DNA from: Desulfobacterales bacterium RIFOXYA12_FULL_46_15
Lineage (GTDB): Bacteria; Desulfobacterota; Desulfobacteria; Desulfobacterales; Desulfobacteraceae
NCBI GenBank assembly: GCA_001799395.1
Contig: MGTJ01000016.1
Span: forward strand, 6,353-70,352
Direction: 5' to 3'
Length of the DNA: 64,000 nt
Part shown: piece after piece, positions 28,801-38,188 of the stretch
Position numbering within the stretch: position 1 is the stretch's first letter
How the letters are laid out: each line of letters starts with the position of its first letter
Position numbers and translations under genes: made by a program
The notes under the pieces: generated by a model
Told to the model about the DNA's origin: nothing
The model's input: only the letters and a program-made list of their open reading frames with translations
The model's database searches: none

Positions 28801-30050
28801 TCCCGGGTCCGGAGCGTGATCATCTTTTCAAGACTGTCACGGTGTCTGGCCAATTCGTTTTCCAGGGCTTTTTTCTCGGTTCTGTCCCTGACGATCCCCC
28901 TGAACCCGCAAATTTTTCCTTCAATGTCATATCGAAGAGAAATCGAGGTTTCACCATATAATTTGCAGCCCTCTTTGGTGATCAGTTCATACCCGAGGTC
29001 TTTTTTTGGAATCCTTGTCTCATAAACATGTTTAAATGCCTTTGCTGCATTTTTTGCTGTTTTCTGATCAATTATCCGTTGATAATTCATTAAAGAAAAT
29101 TCTTCAGGGGAATAGCCCAGCAATTTTAAAAGGGTTTCATTAAAAAATAAAAAATTGCCTTCCAGGTCCACTTCATAGTATCCGTCATCTATATTTTCAA
29201 GGATATTCCGGTATCGCTCCTCGCCCTGCCGTAGCCTGGCTTCGGCTTTATTCCTTTCTTCAAAAATGGAATCAAGATCAGCCTTGATGATGGACAGGGC
29301 ATCAAAGACCTCTTTGAACGGATGGCTATCTTCAATATTCTGTTCACCAATACCTTTCCGGTCCCAGTCAAGGGTGCCCATATATGCCAGCAACTGGTTC
29401 TTATATGTTTCAATCCGCCTGCCGAAACTCTTATCAGGACTCTGTGCTGAAACATCCAGGCTATCCACATGGGCAAAATGGTTTCTTAATTCTGTGACAG
29501 CTTGTGTAACTGCCGGCTTATCTGACACAATTTGCAGGGGGAATTCTTTTTTTTCCGATTTTCCGGCCGGATCATGGAATTTCAGGCTTTCCATCAGTCC
29601 CTGGGCTGTTTTGACAGCCCCGGCATAGTCATCTGTGATAAAAAGCGGAAACGGAACCATATTCAGCCGTTTACCCAGCTTGATACTCATTTTGAACATA
29701 AAAGAGGTATGACAGAAAATGACCCCCTTGACCCGGTCATTGCCTTTGAGATAATCGATATAATATTGACGGGCTTCATTGGAAGCACCTTTGAAATTTT
29801 CCCAGTCCTGGATCTGGATGAACGGCTCATTTTGACCAATGGCGGTTCCGGCAACCTTGTCCTGGAGCCGGATGCTGTGGACCTGGTCTTCAATATTCAC
29901 ATACCCCTGGGCTTTTGTATGAAGAATGCACCCGCCGATGACGGAAATGTCGACCTTAAACCCGTCTTTTTTGCCTTCATACACCCAATCCGGTCTTGAA
30001 ATAACGGAAAGCCCGCTGACTGGACAGATTTTATTGAATTCATCCGTCAT
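25872..30050 (-). CDS. Hybrid histidine kinase: unknown N-domain-PAS-GAF-PAS-HisKA-HATPase-REC-REC-HPt
   Basis: [18 protein letters not shown]; GAF (WLGVPLVSRDRTIGIM); two REC domains; HPt with GHAIKGGA. Confidence 0.92.
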   Translation of the reverse strand: MTDEFNKICPVSGLSVISRPDWVYEGKKDGFKVDISVIGGCILHTKAQGYVNIEDQVHSIRLQDKVAGTAIGQNEPFIQIQDWENFKGASNEARQYYIDYLKGNDRVKGVIFCHTSFMFKMSIKLGKRLNMVPFPLFITDDYAGAVKTAQGLMESLKFHDPAGKSEKKEFPLQIVSDKPAVTQAVTELRNHFAHVDSLDVSAQSPDKSFGRRIETYKNQLLAYMGTLDWDRKGIGEQNIEDSHPFKEVFDALSIIKADLDSIFEERNKAEARLRQGEERYRNILENIDDGYYEVDLEGNFLFFNETLLKLLGYSPEEFSLMNYQRIIDQKTAKNAAKAFKHVYETRIPKKDLGYELITKEGCKLYGETSISLRYDIEGKICGFRGIVRDRTEKKALENELARHRDSLEKMITLRTRELEEETLQKNYAKKINTSIFNISTAVNTTRNLDELYPLIHHYLNDIVEMPNFYIGIYDREKDVIVVPYHVDQYDKHITKISNISTGTSLSSEVVLSQNPLFLKKQDLLNRSKNQKMIGHIPESWLGVPLVSRDRTIGIMATQSYTDPEHFSSKDLQVLISVSNQVALAIERREALDDLHRAKEKAEEASETTRTIMENLQAGVVLIHAETHRIDFVNPAAAKLFGSTSQMIVGKRCHHFLCPNEEGRCPITDLHIQVDNSEKYMLNIRGEKIPILKTVNQVVLNGEDFLLESFVDITEQKKAEAGLINETLRANALAKAAEAASLAKSEFLANMSHEIRTPLNGVIGMAEILLDSPLTEGQKKYIRTINTEADSLLDIINDILDFSKIEAGKMELEEIDFDLRKIFEDLSSMFSIRAGQKGLEFFSFLDPDIPAGLKGDPGKLRQIFMNLVGNALKFTSQGEIFISGKKISEVKDKVGIRFEVKDTGIGIPPEKHDHIFDSFSQADGSTTRKYGGTGLGTTISKQLVELMGGRIGLESKEGEGSHFWFVIEFGHKIINKSSDHGLFLDLKGLTILIVDADPIHQYIISKYLKAFGCDSVSASTGEEALKMMKPIESHRKIDLIITDNHSSKTDGFEFAEKIRREKALDRIPVILTASVGMAGDARRCRDIGIDGYLPKPVRKKELRMTIAGVLGMIDKQALEDRQLVTKHSIEESVRKDITILVAEDYPTNQQIAMKHLSSAGFHPVLAENGIQAVEFFKKSQFDVIFMDIQMPEMDGYEATRKIREIEKHISKNLVKPLHTPLIAVTAHAMKGYREKCIQADMDDYLTKPLKRKDLIAMVEKWVPTRQAVRDFMSEKETENVLESSSPPMDKPKALKEFDNDESFLNELVAEFLNDIEQQLEIIRSAIAAQDFETLRKQGHAIKGGAANLRAMKLSEAASSLEKAGKEQKPDHLEDLLNRLVSEYESLCRFVKAH

Positions 30051-30068
30051 TTACAATTATCCTTTTTG

Positions 30069-30788
30069 TCAAAAGGAATCGGCAAATTTCTGAATGCACT
30101 GGGGATAAAGCTCCCACTCTTTTGCAAGACCTTTTCGTTTTACATCTTCAAGGGTATCCTTGTCCTCAATTTCAAAGGCCTTCTGCCCGATGATGGGGCC
30201 TGTATCTTCACCGTAATCTATATAGTGGACCGTACATCCGCCTATTTTACAACCATACCGGAAGGTATCGCCATACCCGTCCGTCCCTGGAAATGAAGGC
30301 AGAAGAGCCGGATGGATATTCATGATTCTGTGTCTTCCCGAAAGGGTATTGATCCTGTCAATAAAATAGGGTGTCAGAACCCTCATGAATCCGGCAAGGA
30401 CAAGAAGATCCATATCATATTCAAGAATATGGCCAAGAAGCTTTTTTTCTGCGATAGCTCTGGTTTTAAGAAAAAACGCCACCTGTCCTGATGGTGTCCC
30501 GGCTTTAAAGAGCTTTTGCTTTGCCTTGATTTCCTCAAAATTGAAATCTGTTGGCAGATCATCTTCTTTAATGCCGTTTTTACAGGACTTGATAATCTTT
30601 GAATAATCCACCACAAAGGTATCGATTCCGGCATGTTGTGCTCGTTCGAGTCCCTTGACACCCGGGTTATCCGAACCTGTAAAAACAATATCGGCGCTGA
30701 TCCTGTTGCTCTGAGCCGCGTCAATAATGGCCTGAAGATTTGTCCCGCCACCCGATATCAGGGTTCCGACATTGATTTTTTTCACCAC
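30069..30788 (-). CDS. purN: Phosphoribosylglycinamide formyltransferase with internal insertion
   Basis: LISGGGTNLQAII, VLAGFMRVL, NIHPALLPSFPG, GCTVH and DTGPII. Confidence 0.93.
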   Translation of the reverse strand: MVKKINVGTLISGGGTNLQAIIDAAQSNRISADIVFTGSDNPGVKGLERAQHAGIDTFVVDYSKIIKSCKNGIKEDDLPTDFNFEEIKAKQKLFKAGTPSGQVAFFLKTRAIAEKKLLGHILEYDMDLLVLAGFMRVLTPYFIDRINTLSGRHRIMNIHPALLPSFPGTDGYGDTFRYGCKIGGCTVHYIDYGEDTGPIIGQKAFEIEDKDTLEDVKRKGLAKEWELYPQCIQKFADSF

Positions 30789-30872
30789 GCCTCCCTTTCC
30801 AGGTTTATGGATATCTGAAATATATATTTTTGTTTTATTTCAAACCCTGACGGATTGCAAGAAACAAAAATC

Positions 30873-31091
30873 CTATTGGTTGCCGTATCCGTTCTGTTCA
30901 CTGCAATCCGGGCATTCCCAGGTAATCCCGTTGCAGGTCATCCCCCACTGGTTTTCATACATGCAGGACTGGCAGATGGAAAATCCGCACCGGCAATTCC
31001 AGCAGAACATGAACACTTGTCCACAGCAATGGCATTGTTTTGATTTCTTTTTTCTTCGGTTTTCTTTTCTTTTTTCAGAGTCCTGACTCAT
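30873..31091 (-). CDS. Cys-rich small protein (72 aa, 11 Cys), probable Zn/Fe-binding
   Basis: MSQDSEKRKENRRKKKSKQCHCCGQVFMFCWNCRCGFSICQSC...TCNGITWECPDC; start re-called at ATG 31091. Confidence 0.7.
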   Translation of the reverse strand: MSQDSEKRKENRRKKKSKQCHCCGQVFMFCWNCRCGFSICQSCMYENQWGMTCNGITWECPDCSEQNGYGNQ

Positions 31092-31178
31092 TCGACAAAT
31101 ATACTTCTCCTTTGATAAAAAAGATAGTATATATGCCTTTAACATAAAAAATCCAATACTTATAAAGGTTACCGGATC

Positions 31179-33860
31179 ATGACTTCTCAAAAAAAAATAT
31201 TCCTCATTGACGGCAGTGCATTCCTTTACCGGGCGTTTCATGCCATCCGGAACCTCTCCACATCAAAAGGCCGGCCCACCAACGCCACATTTGGATTTGC
31301 AAAGATCCTGTTAAAATTATTCAAGGACAACAACCCGGGCTATGCCCTAGTCATTTTTGATGTAAAAGGCCCGACATTCAGACATGAGCTTTATGATCAA
31401 TATAAGGCGAACCGCCCGCCCATGCCTGAAGAGCTGTCGGTTCAGATCCCGGATATCAAACGCCTGATCCGGGCATTAAATATCCCCATCATGGAAAAAG
31501 AAGGGTATGAGGCAGATGACCTTGCCGGGACCTATGCAAGGCTTGCCGAAGAAGAGGGGTTTGACGTAGTCATGGTGACAGGGGACAAAGATTTTATCCA
31601 GCTTGTAACAGAGCGGTGCATTCTATGGGACCCCATGAAAGACTCTATCAAGGATGCCGGCCGGATCAGGGAGGAGATGGGGATTCATCCGAAACAGTTT
31701 ATTGATATCCTTGGACTTGCCGGGGATACTTCGGACAATATTCCCGGTGTAGCCGGTGTCGGGCCGAAAACCGCAACAGAACTGATTGCACAGTTCGGCT
31801 CCATTGAAAACCTGTATGAAAACCTTGATAGTCTTAAAAAGAAAAAGAAACTTTATGAAAACCTTTCCAAGAGCAGGGACATTGTCCTTTTGAGCCGCAA
31901 ACTGGCCGCCATTGACCGGTTTGTTCCGGTGACCGGAAAGGTGGAAGATTTTAAGGTCATTCCCTATAACACCCAGGAGGCGTTTGCACTTTTTCAGGAG
32001 CTTGAATTCACTACCCTTATGAATGAGTTTGCAAAAAAACCAGACCCGTCTGAAAAAATCTATAAATCCATCACCAACCTTGGAGAACTTGAAAAGCTGG
32101 CTCATGTCCTTACAAACAAAGGCATTTTTGCCCTGGATACGGAAACCACATCCAAGAATCCAACAGAAGCCGGGCTTGTCGGCATCTCATTTTCCTATAT
32201 GGAGAACCAGGGGTTTTATATTCCTGTGGGCCACACCTCTCCCGGTGATGTTGAGCAACCGGCAAAAGAAGATATTCTCCGGATACTCAAACCTGTTCTT
32301 GAAAATCCGGATATCAAAAAGGTCGGCCAGAATATCAAATATGATTATATCGTTCTTTACCGGTTCGGCATCTTCCTTCAGGGAATTGTCTTTGATACCA
32401 TGATCGCATCCTATCTGCTGAACCCTTCCACAAGAGGACACAGTCTTGACAGTATTGCCATGACGCTTTTCGGCCATAAAACCATTTCCTATGAAGAAGT
32501 GGCCGGAAAAGGGAAAAATCAGATCGGATTCCAGGATGTCCTGATTCCCGAAGCCGTGAACTATGCCTGTGAAGATGCGGATCTCACCTTCATGGCCTAT
32601 CAGGAACTTAATAAAAATATCCGGGACAAAGAACTTTCAGATCTCATGGATACCATTGAAATGCCCTTGATCAAGGTTCTTGCCAAGATGGAAATGGAAG
32701 GCATCATGGTGGATAAAAATGCTTTGCAACAGCTCTCCCAGACCTTTGAACTGGAGCTGAAACATCTTGAGCAGGATATCTACACCCTTGCCGGTGAAGA
32801 ATTCAATATTAATTCCTCCCAGCAACTGGGGTTTATCCTTTTTGAAAAGCTGAAGCTCAGCACTGTAAAAAAAACCAAGATGAAAACCGGCTATTCCACT
32901 GATGTGGAGGTTCTGACCAAGCTTGCCCCAACCCATGAACTGCCTGCAAGACTGCTGAGGTACAGAACCCTTGACAAGCTTAAATCCACCTATGCAGATG
33001 CTTTGCAGGAACTGATTCACAAAGAAACCGGAAGAATCCATACCTCGTTCAACCAGACCATTACGGCAACCGGCAGACTGAGCAGTTCCAACCCCAACCT
33101 CCAGAATATCCCCATCAGGAAAGAAGAAGGCAAAAAGATCAGGCAGGCCTTTATCCCAAAAGAAGGACATATCCTGATTTCAGCAGATTATTCCCAGATT
33201 GAGCTTCGTATCCTGGCCCATTGTGCAGAAGACGAGATCCTGATAGAAGCTTTTAAAAATGGAGAAGATATTCATACCCGGACTGCCAAGGAGGTTTTCC
33301 AGATCATGCCGGAATTTATCACCGACGATCTGAGAAGCCAGGCCAAGGCCATCAATTTCGGTATTGTCTATGGAATGAGCGCATTCCGGCTGGCCAATGA
33401 CCTGAATATCAGCCGGAAAATGGCCACCGCTTATATTGACAATTATTTCAAGCGGTATTCAGGGGTTAAAAAATTTATTGAATCCACCATTGAAAACACT
33501 CGAAAAACCGGCGAAGTTTCCACAATTTTCAACCGGAAACGGAGGCTGGACGATATCAATTCTTCCAATGCCAATATCCGGGGGTTTGCCGAACGGGCAG
33601 CCGTGAATACACCCATCCAGGGAAGTGCGGCCGATCTCATCAAGCTTGCCATGATAAAGCTGGAAGACGCTCTTGAAAAAAACAACATGGCTGCAAAAAT
33701 GCTTTTATCGGTCCATGATGAAATTATTTTTGAATGCCCCTTTGAGGAAAAAGACAGATTGATTGACCTTGCAAAAGACATCATGGAAAACGTCCATCCT
33801 CTGAAAGTACCCTTGAAAGTGAATTTTGGAAGCGGGCAGAACTGGGCAGAGGCACATTAA
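31179..33860 (+). CDS. polA: DNA polymerase I
   Basis: 5'-exo (IDGSAFLYRAFHA); 3'-5' exo motifs (LDTETT, GQNIKYD, YACEDAD); polymerase motifs (ADYSQIELR, KAINFGIVYG, VHDE). Confidence 0.98.
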   Translation: MTSQKKIFLIDGSAFLYRAFHAIRNLSTSKGRPTNATFGFAKILLKLFKDNNPGYALVIFDVKGPTFRHELYDQYKANRPPMPEELSVQIPDIKRLIRALNIPIMEKEGYEADDLAGTYARLAEEEGFDVVMVTGDKDFIQLVTERCILWDPMKDSIKDAGRIREEMGIHPKQFIDILGLAGDTSDNIPGVAGVGPKTATELIAQFGSIENLYENLDSLKKKKKLYENLSKSRDIVLLSRKLAAIDRFVPVTGKVEDFKVIPYNTQEAFALFQELEFTTLMNEFAKKPDPSEKIYKSITNLGELEKLAHVLTNKGIFALDTETTSKNPTEAGLVGISFSYMENQGFYIPVGHTSPGDVEQPAKEDILRILKPVLENPDIKKVGQNIKYDYIVLYRFGIFLQGIVFDTMIASYLLNPSTRGHSLDSIAMTLFGHKTISYEEVAGKGKNQIGFQDVLIPEAVNYACEDADLTFMAYQELNKNIRDKELSDLMDTIEMPLIKVLAKMEMEGIMVDKNALQQLSQTFELELKHLEQDIYTLAGEEFNINSSQQLGFILFEKLKLSTVKKTKMKTGYSTDVEVLTKLAPTHELPARLLRYRTLDKLKSTYADALQELIHKETGRIHTSFNQTITATGRLSSSNPNLQNIPIRKEEGKKIRQAFIPKEGHILISADYSQIELRILAHCAEDEILIEAFKNGEDIHTRTAKEVFQIMPEFITDDLRSQAKAINFGIVYGMSAFRLANDLNISRKMATAYIDNYFKRYSGVKKFIESTIENTRKTGEVSTIFNRKRRLDDINSSNANIRGFAERAAVNTPIQGSAADLIKLAMIKLEDALEKNNMAAKMLLSVHDEIIFECPFEEKDRLIDLAKDIMENVHPLKVPLKVNFGSGQNWAEAH

Positions 33861-33923
33861 AAGATTACCCTTGGCAGGGAGGGGATACCTTCCGGCAGAC
33901 AGGATGGAGAAAAAAAATAGATC

Positions 33924-34754
33924 ATGAATACAAAAAGAATCGGGCTTGTCGTTAAAAATGACGAAAAGGCTGAAAAAAAAGCCATGGAGCTTGAAAAAAG
34001 ACTGGGCAACCTTTGCATTGTCATTGATGTCAGGAATTCAAAAAGTTCTGACATTCCTGAAGATCTGATATGCCTTATCGTTCTTGGAGGGGACGGTACC
34101 TTTTTAAGCGCTGCCAGATTCATAGGACACCGTAATATCCCGCTTATGGGTGTCAAATTCGGTGAGGTCGGTTTTCTTGCCGAAACCACGGAAGATACTC
34201 TTTCCAAGGCCATTGACCTGCTCATGGAAGGAAACTATCTCATCCAGAAAAGGTCCCGCCTGGATATAAAAGTCATGCGGAACAATCAGAAGGTCATTGA
34301 CGTGGATGTCCTCAATGATGCGGTCATTAACAAGTCAGCCCTTTCAAGGCTTGCATCCTGCGCCGTCTATATTGATTCAACCTATCTCACCACCTACAGG
34401 GCCGACGGCCTGATTGTGGGAACCCCCACAGGATCGACCGCCTATTCCCTTGCTGCCGGAGGACCTGTCGTACATCCGTCAGTCCCTTCCATTATCCTGA
34501 CCCCCATCTGCCCCTTCACCCTGACCAACAGACCCCTCCTGATTCCGGATTCGGCCCTGATCGAAATCCGCCTTGAAGGCAGCCCTGAAAACATGATCCT
34601 GACCCTGGACGGCCAGGAAGGATTTGAAATGGACACAGGCGATAAAATTTTTATCAAAAAAAGCCGGAATGATATCCGGATGATTTCCTTTGAAGACCAG
34701 TCTTATTTTAAGGTATTAAAAACCCGTCTTAAATGGAGCGGCGGCAGAAGCTGA
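33924..34754 (+). CDS. nadK: NAD kinase
   Basis: LGGDGTFL, VLNDAV and DGLIVGTPTGSTAYSLAAGGP. Confidence 0.95.
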   Translation: MNTKRIGLVVKNDEKAEKKAMELEKRLGNLCIVIDVRNSKSSDIPEDLICLIVLGGDGTFLSAARFIGHRNIPLMGVKFGEVGFLAETTEDTLSKAIDLLMEGNYLIQKRSRLDIKVMRNNQKVIDVDVLNDAVINKSALSRLASCAVYIDSTYLTTYRADGLIVGTPTGSTAYSLAAGGPVVHPSVPSIILTPICPFTLTNRPLLIPDSALIEIRLEGSPENMILTLDGQEGFEMDTGDKIFIKKSRNDIRMISFEDQSYFKVLKTRLKWSGGRS

Positions 34755-35654
34755 TATGCTGTCAGCAAGGGCATAGATTTTTTTGATTCTGTCAATATGA
34801 TACCCTTTATACAATCCGCAGGCAGAACACAGGACCAGTCCGCCTGAGTGTTTCAACAAGGCAATGATTTTTAAAAAATCATCTTCCAGGCCAAAAAAAG
34901 ATTTTTGTTCGAGGAAATTTGCATCGATTCCGGCCATGATGATGCGACCGGGCAATTTGTGCTGCAGTTCCACAAGGTTGTTGGGACGATGCTGAACTGC
35001 AGCCAGCCCGTCAATCTTCCAACTGTCCAAAAGCGGTAAGAGGCCTGTAATCTTGCCGCAGGAATGCAAAAGGATATGCCGGCCGGCTTCATGAACCATT
35101 TCAACAGCCCTTGTGTAAAAACCGGTACACATGATGTCGATATCCCCGGGACTGATCATGGTGCCCTGTTCCGAAGCCATATCATCTGTTATCACCAGGG
35201 CGTGAGCCCCCATTTCAAGACATTGGTCCACCATCGCCAGGATTTTTTCCTGTTCGGCCGTATAGGCCTCCATGAATTTTTTTCTGTCCCTGATCCAACT
35301 GGTCAGGGTTTCCATCAGACCCGCATGGCTGACCTGTTTCTGAAGCGGTCCGTCCACAACAGCCACAACAAGATGATGACCTGATCTAACGGCTGTCCTT
35401 ATATCCGATGGCTTGAAATACCGGTAACCTAAAACCGGTTGATATCTGGCATCATCCGCCACCGGCAGGCAGATCAAATCCATACCAAGCTCATGGGCCA
35501 GTCTTGAATGGTTGTCAAGGGTGTCTGACAATCCGGCTTGCGCTAAAAAATCGGTTCCCATCCAGACTTCGCCTTTCGGCACCGGAAACCGGGTGTGGCA
35601 TGAAAACACTTTTTTAATTTTATCAATGGATTGATATTCCGGTTTATTTGTCAT
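34716..35654 (-). CDS. Uroporphyrinogen decarboxylase-fold / MtaA-CmuA-like protein
   Basis: VDGP, ITDDMASEQGTMISP, LHSCG (H-x-C) and a C-terminal CSACG. Start uncertain. Confidence 0.7.
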   Translation of the reverse strand: MTNKPEYQSIDKIKKVFSCHTRFPVPKGEVWMGTDFLAQAGLSDTLDNHSRLAHELGMDLICLPVADDARYQPVLGYRYFKPSDIRTAVRSGHHLVVAVVDGPLQKQVSHAGLMETLTSWIRDRKKFMEAYTAEQEKILAMVDQCLEMGAHALVITDDMASEQGTMISPGDIDIMCTGFYTRAVEMVHEAGRHILLHSCGKITGLLPLLDSWKIDGLAAVQHRPNNLVELQHKLPGRIIMAGIDANFLEQKSFFGLEDDFLKIIALLKHSGGLVLCSACGLYKGYHIDRIKKIYALADSISASAAAPFKTGF

Positions 35655-35750
35655 GTTAAAAATTTCATCTATTTCCATCTTTGCAGGTGCAGATTTTCAT
35701 ATAGATAATGGTAATACCCGATGATCCGGTATTCAATTTCTCTTTTTGTT

Positions 35751-36275
35751 TCAGTAGTGCTGATCCGCATATCCGACCCAGCCGCCGGTTTGAATAAGGG
35801 CCTTGTCGAAAGAGGACATCCTGAAACCTGTTTTCTTAATGTGGCTCTCTGATCGGACAATGATTTCTTCCTTTTCAACATCTACTGAAATATGGGTGAG
35901 GTCATTGGAAAACAGATCAAACATATCATTGATCTCATTTTCAGGCAATTCAATGGCCGGCATGCCGCAATTGAACATGTTCTGCCGGAAAATCCGTGCA
36001 AAACTCACGGCGATCACGACATGGATGCCGTTTACTTCCAGAGCCCAGGGGGCATGTTCCCGTGATGACCCGCACCCGAAATTCTCTCTTGTGACAACAA
36101 TCGATTTTGCGGCAATGTCCTTTTTAGGGTCAAATCCGTCAAGCTTCAGATCCTCTAACAGATGGGGCTTTAATGCAATTTTTTCAATTTCAGTGAGATA
36201 CCGGGCCGGGATAATTTCATCGGTATTGATATCTGACCGGTCCAGAAACAACACATTTCCTTTAAACTCTTTCAT
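35751..36275 (-). CDS. leuD: 3-isopropylmalate dehydratase small subunit
   Basis: DINTDEIIPARYL, NFGCGSSREHAP and SFARIFRQN. Confidence 0.92.
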   Translation of the reverse strand: MKEFKGNVLFLDRSDINTDEIIPARYLTEIEKIALKPHLLEDLKLDGFDPKKDIAAKSIVVTRENFGCGSSREHAPWALEVNGIHVVIAVSFARIFRQNMFNCGMPAIELPENEINDMFDLFSNDLTHISVDVEKEEIIVRSESHIKKTGFRMSSFDKALIQTGGWVGYADQHY

Positions 36276-36286
36276 TTCCTGACTCC

Positions 36287-37576
36287 TTAATTTCCTGTAT
36301 ACAGACCGGAATTTGAAATTTCGCCTTTTATTGCGCTGGCCGCTGCCGTTGCCGGACTCATGAGGTGAACCATCCCGCCTTTGCCCATACGTCCGTTAAA
36401 ATTCCGGTTGGTGGTGGACGCAGCGACCTCTCCGGCCGCCAATACCCCATTGCTCATGCCGAGACAGGCCCCGCAGGTGGGATTGGTAACACAGAATCCG
36501 GCATCCATGAATATTTTCAAGAGGCCTTCTTCCATGGCCTCAGCATATATTTTAGGGGTGGCAGGAGAAACAATTCCCCTGACATGATCGCTGATGATAT
36601 GGCCTTCAAGCACTTTTGCGGCAATTCTTAAATCTTCAAGCCGGCCATTGGTGCAGGAGCCGATATAGACCTGGTCAATCCTTGTCCCCTTCATTTCAGA
36701 TACGGGTTTGACATTGTCCGGCTTATACCCGTAAGTTGTCAGGGGCTCAAGATCGCTCACGTCAATTGTCCTGGTTATTTCATAGGCTGCGTCATCATCA
36801 GACCTGAATTCTGCAAAGGCGTCCAGCGCTTCTTTTTTTGTATGATATTGGTCCTGGATAAATTCCCACAGGTAATCCACCGTTGTCATATCCGGAAGAC
36901 AGATACCGCAGGTGGCGCCTGCCTCAACCGCCATATTGCAAAGGGTCATCCTCTGATCCATGCTCATCCCGTCCACAATATTTCCCCTGAACTCAATGAC
37001 CCGGTTGGTTGCTCCGTTTACAGTTAATTCCTGAATCACTTTAAGAATGATATCCTTGGCAAAAACCCCTTTCCCAAGGGTCCCGATGATTTCAATCTTA
37101 TAGGTTTGAGGGGATTTAAAGGCACAGACCCCTTTTAATATCCCGACTTCCAGATCAGTTGTTCCGACACCGGCGGCAAACGCCCCAAAAGCACCATGAG
37201 TACAGGTATGGGAATCTCCCATGATAATGGTAAATCCGGGCCTTACAAAGCCCTTTTCCGGGAAAAGGGCATGGCAGACCCCATTGCGGCCGATGTCAAA
37301 AAAGTCCTGAATACCGTTCCGTCTTGCCCATTCCCGGAGAATCTTTCCCTGAAGGGCTGTTTTTGAATCCTTTGCCGGCGAAACATGATCAATGACCACT
37401 TTGATTTTATCCGGATCAAAGACACGGTCCTTCCCTCTTTCCATAAGATCCTGAATGGCTGTCGGGGTTGTGATTTCATGACAGAATACCCTGTCAAGCC
37501 TTAATACGCTGACATCCCCAAATGGTTCATCAACCAGATGCATTTCAAAAATTTTTTCTGCTATTGTTTTTCCCAT
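36287..37576 (-). CDS. leuC: 3-isopropylmalate dehydratase / homoaconitase-family large subunit
   Basis: CHEIT, DSHTCTHGA, IGSCTNGR, CGACLG and STTNRNFNGRMG. Confidence 0.93.
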   Translation of the reverse strand: MGKTIAEKIFEMHLVDEPFGDVSVLRLDRVFCHEITTPTAIQDLMERGKDRVFDPDKIKVVIDHVSPAKDSKTALQGKILREWARRNGIQDFFDIGRNGVCHALFPEKGFVRPGFTIIMGDSHTCTHGAFGAFAAGVGTTDLEVGILKGVCAFKSPQTYKIEIIGTLGKGVFAKDIILKVIQELTVNGATNRVIEFRGNIVDGMSMDQRMTLCNMAVEAGATCGICLPDMTTVDYLWEFIQDQYHTKKEALDAFAEFRSDDDAAYEITRTIDVSDLEPLTTYGYKPDNVKPVSEMKGTRIDQVYIGSCTNGRLEDLRIAAKVLEGHIISDHVRGIVSPATPKIYAEAMEEGLLKIFMDAGFCVTNPTCGACLGMSNGVLAAGEVAASTTNRNFNGRMGKGGMVHLMSPATAAASAIKGEISNSGLYTGN

Positions 37577-37591
37577 GATTCTCTCCTGATC

Positions 37592-38176
37592 CTATGATGT
37601 TTTTGCTCCGAAATAATCTTCCCCATCAGCCGGTGTCACAACCCAGTATGCCTTAAACACCTGATCGGATGAATTCAGGATGACATGGGGGATTTGTGAA
37701 AAAAAAGATACGGAATCTCCTTTTTCGATTTCATATATTTCTTCACCATAAAATAGCTTTGCCAAACCTTCTATCACAATCCCCAGTTCTCGCCCGAGGT
37801 GGCCGTCGTTTTCATCCCCCCGCTTCTGTCCTGGTGCAAGCTCGAGAAAAAACGCATTAAAAGAATGGTTCCCTTTGGCCTGGCTTTCACCGCACAGCGT
37901 CTCATATTTAAATCCTTTCCGCTGATAGGTTTTTCTTTCATCCCTTTTGATAATTTCAACCTTGGAATTGGTTTCATAATCCTTGAAAAATTTATCAGGC
38001 GGAACTCCATATACTTCCAGAATCTGAAGCAGGGTATCAAGGGAGGGTGAAATTCTGTTTCTCTCTATTTGTGACAAAAGGCTTGAACTAATGCCTGCTT
38101 TTATTGAAACATCCTTTATTGTAATGTGTCTTGAATTCCTGATGGCCCTGAGAAGCGCACCGAGTTTTGTTTTCAT
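37592..38176 (-). CDS. XRE-family HTH + cupin transcriptional regulator
   Basis: N-terminal HTH (LLSQIERNRISPSLDTL) and C-terminal cupin (HLGRELG...GDSVSF...PH); GGGAG SD. Confidence 0.92.
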   Translation of the reverse strand: MKTKLGALLRAIRNSRHITIKDVSIKAGISSSLLSQIERNRISPSLDTLLQILEVYGVPPDKFFKDYETNSKVEIIKRDERKTYQRKGFKYETLCGESQAKGNHSFNAFFLELAPGQKRGDENDGHLGRELGIVIEGLAKLFYGEEIYEIEKGDSVSFFSQIPHVILNSSDQVFKAYWVVTPADGEDYFGAKTS

Positions 38177-38188
38177 ATCACTCCCATA

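Noticed and set aside
30855-31043. 62-aa + strand ORF with a signal-like N-terminus
   Set aside because: Antisense to the Cys-rich protein, whose motif pattern is much less likely by chance.
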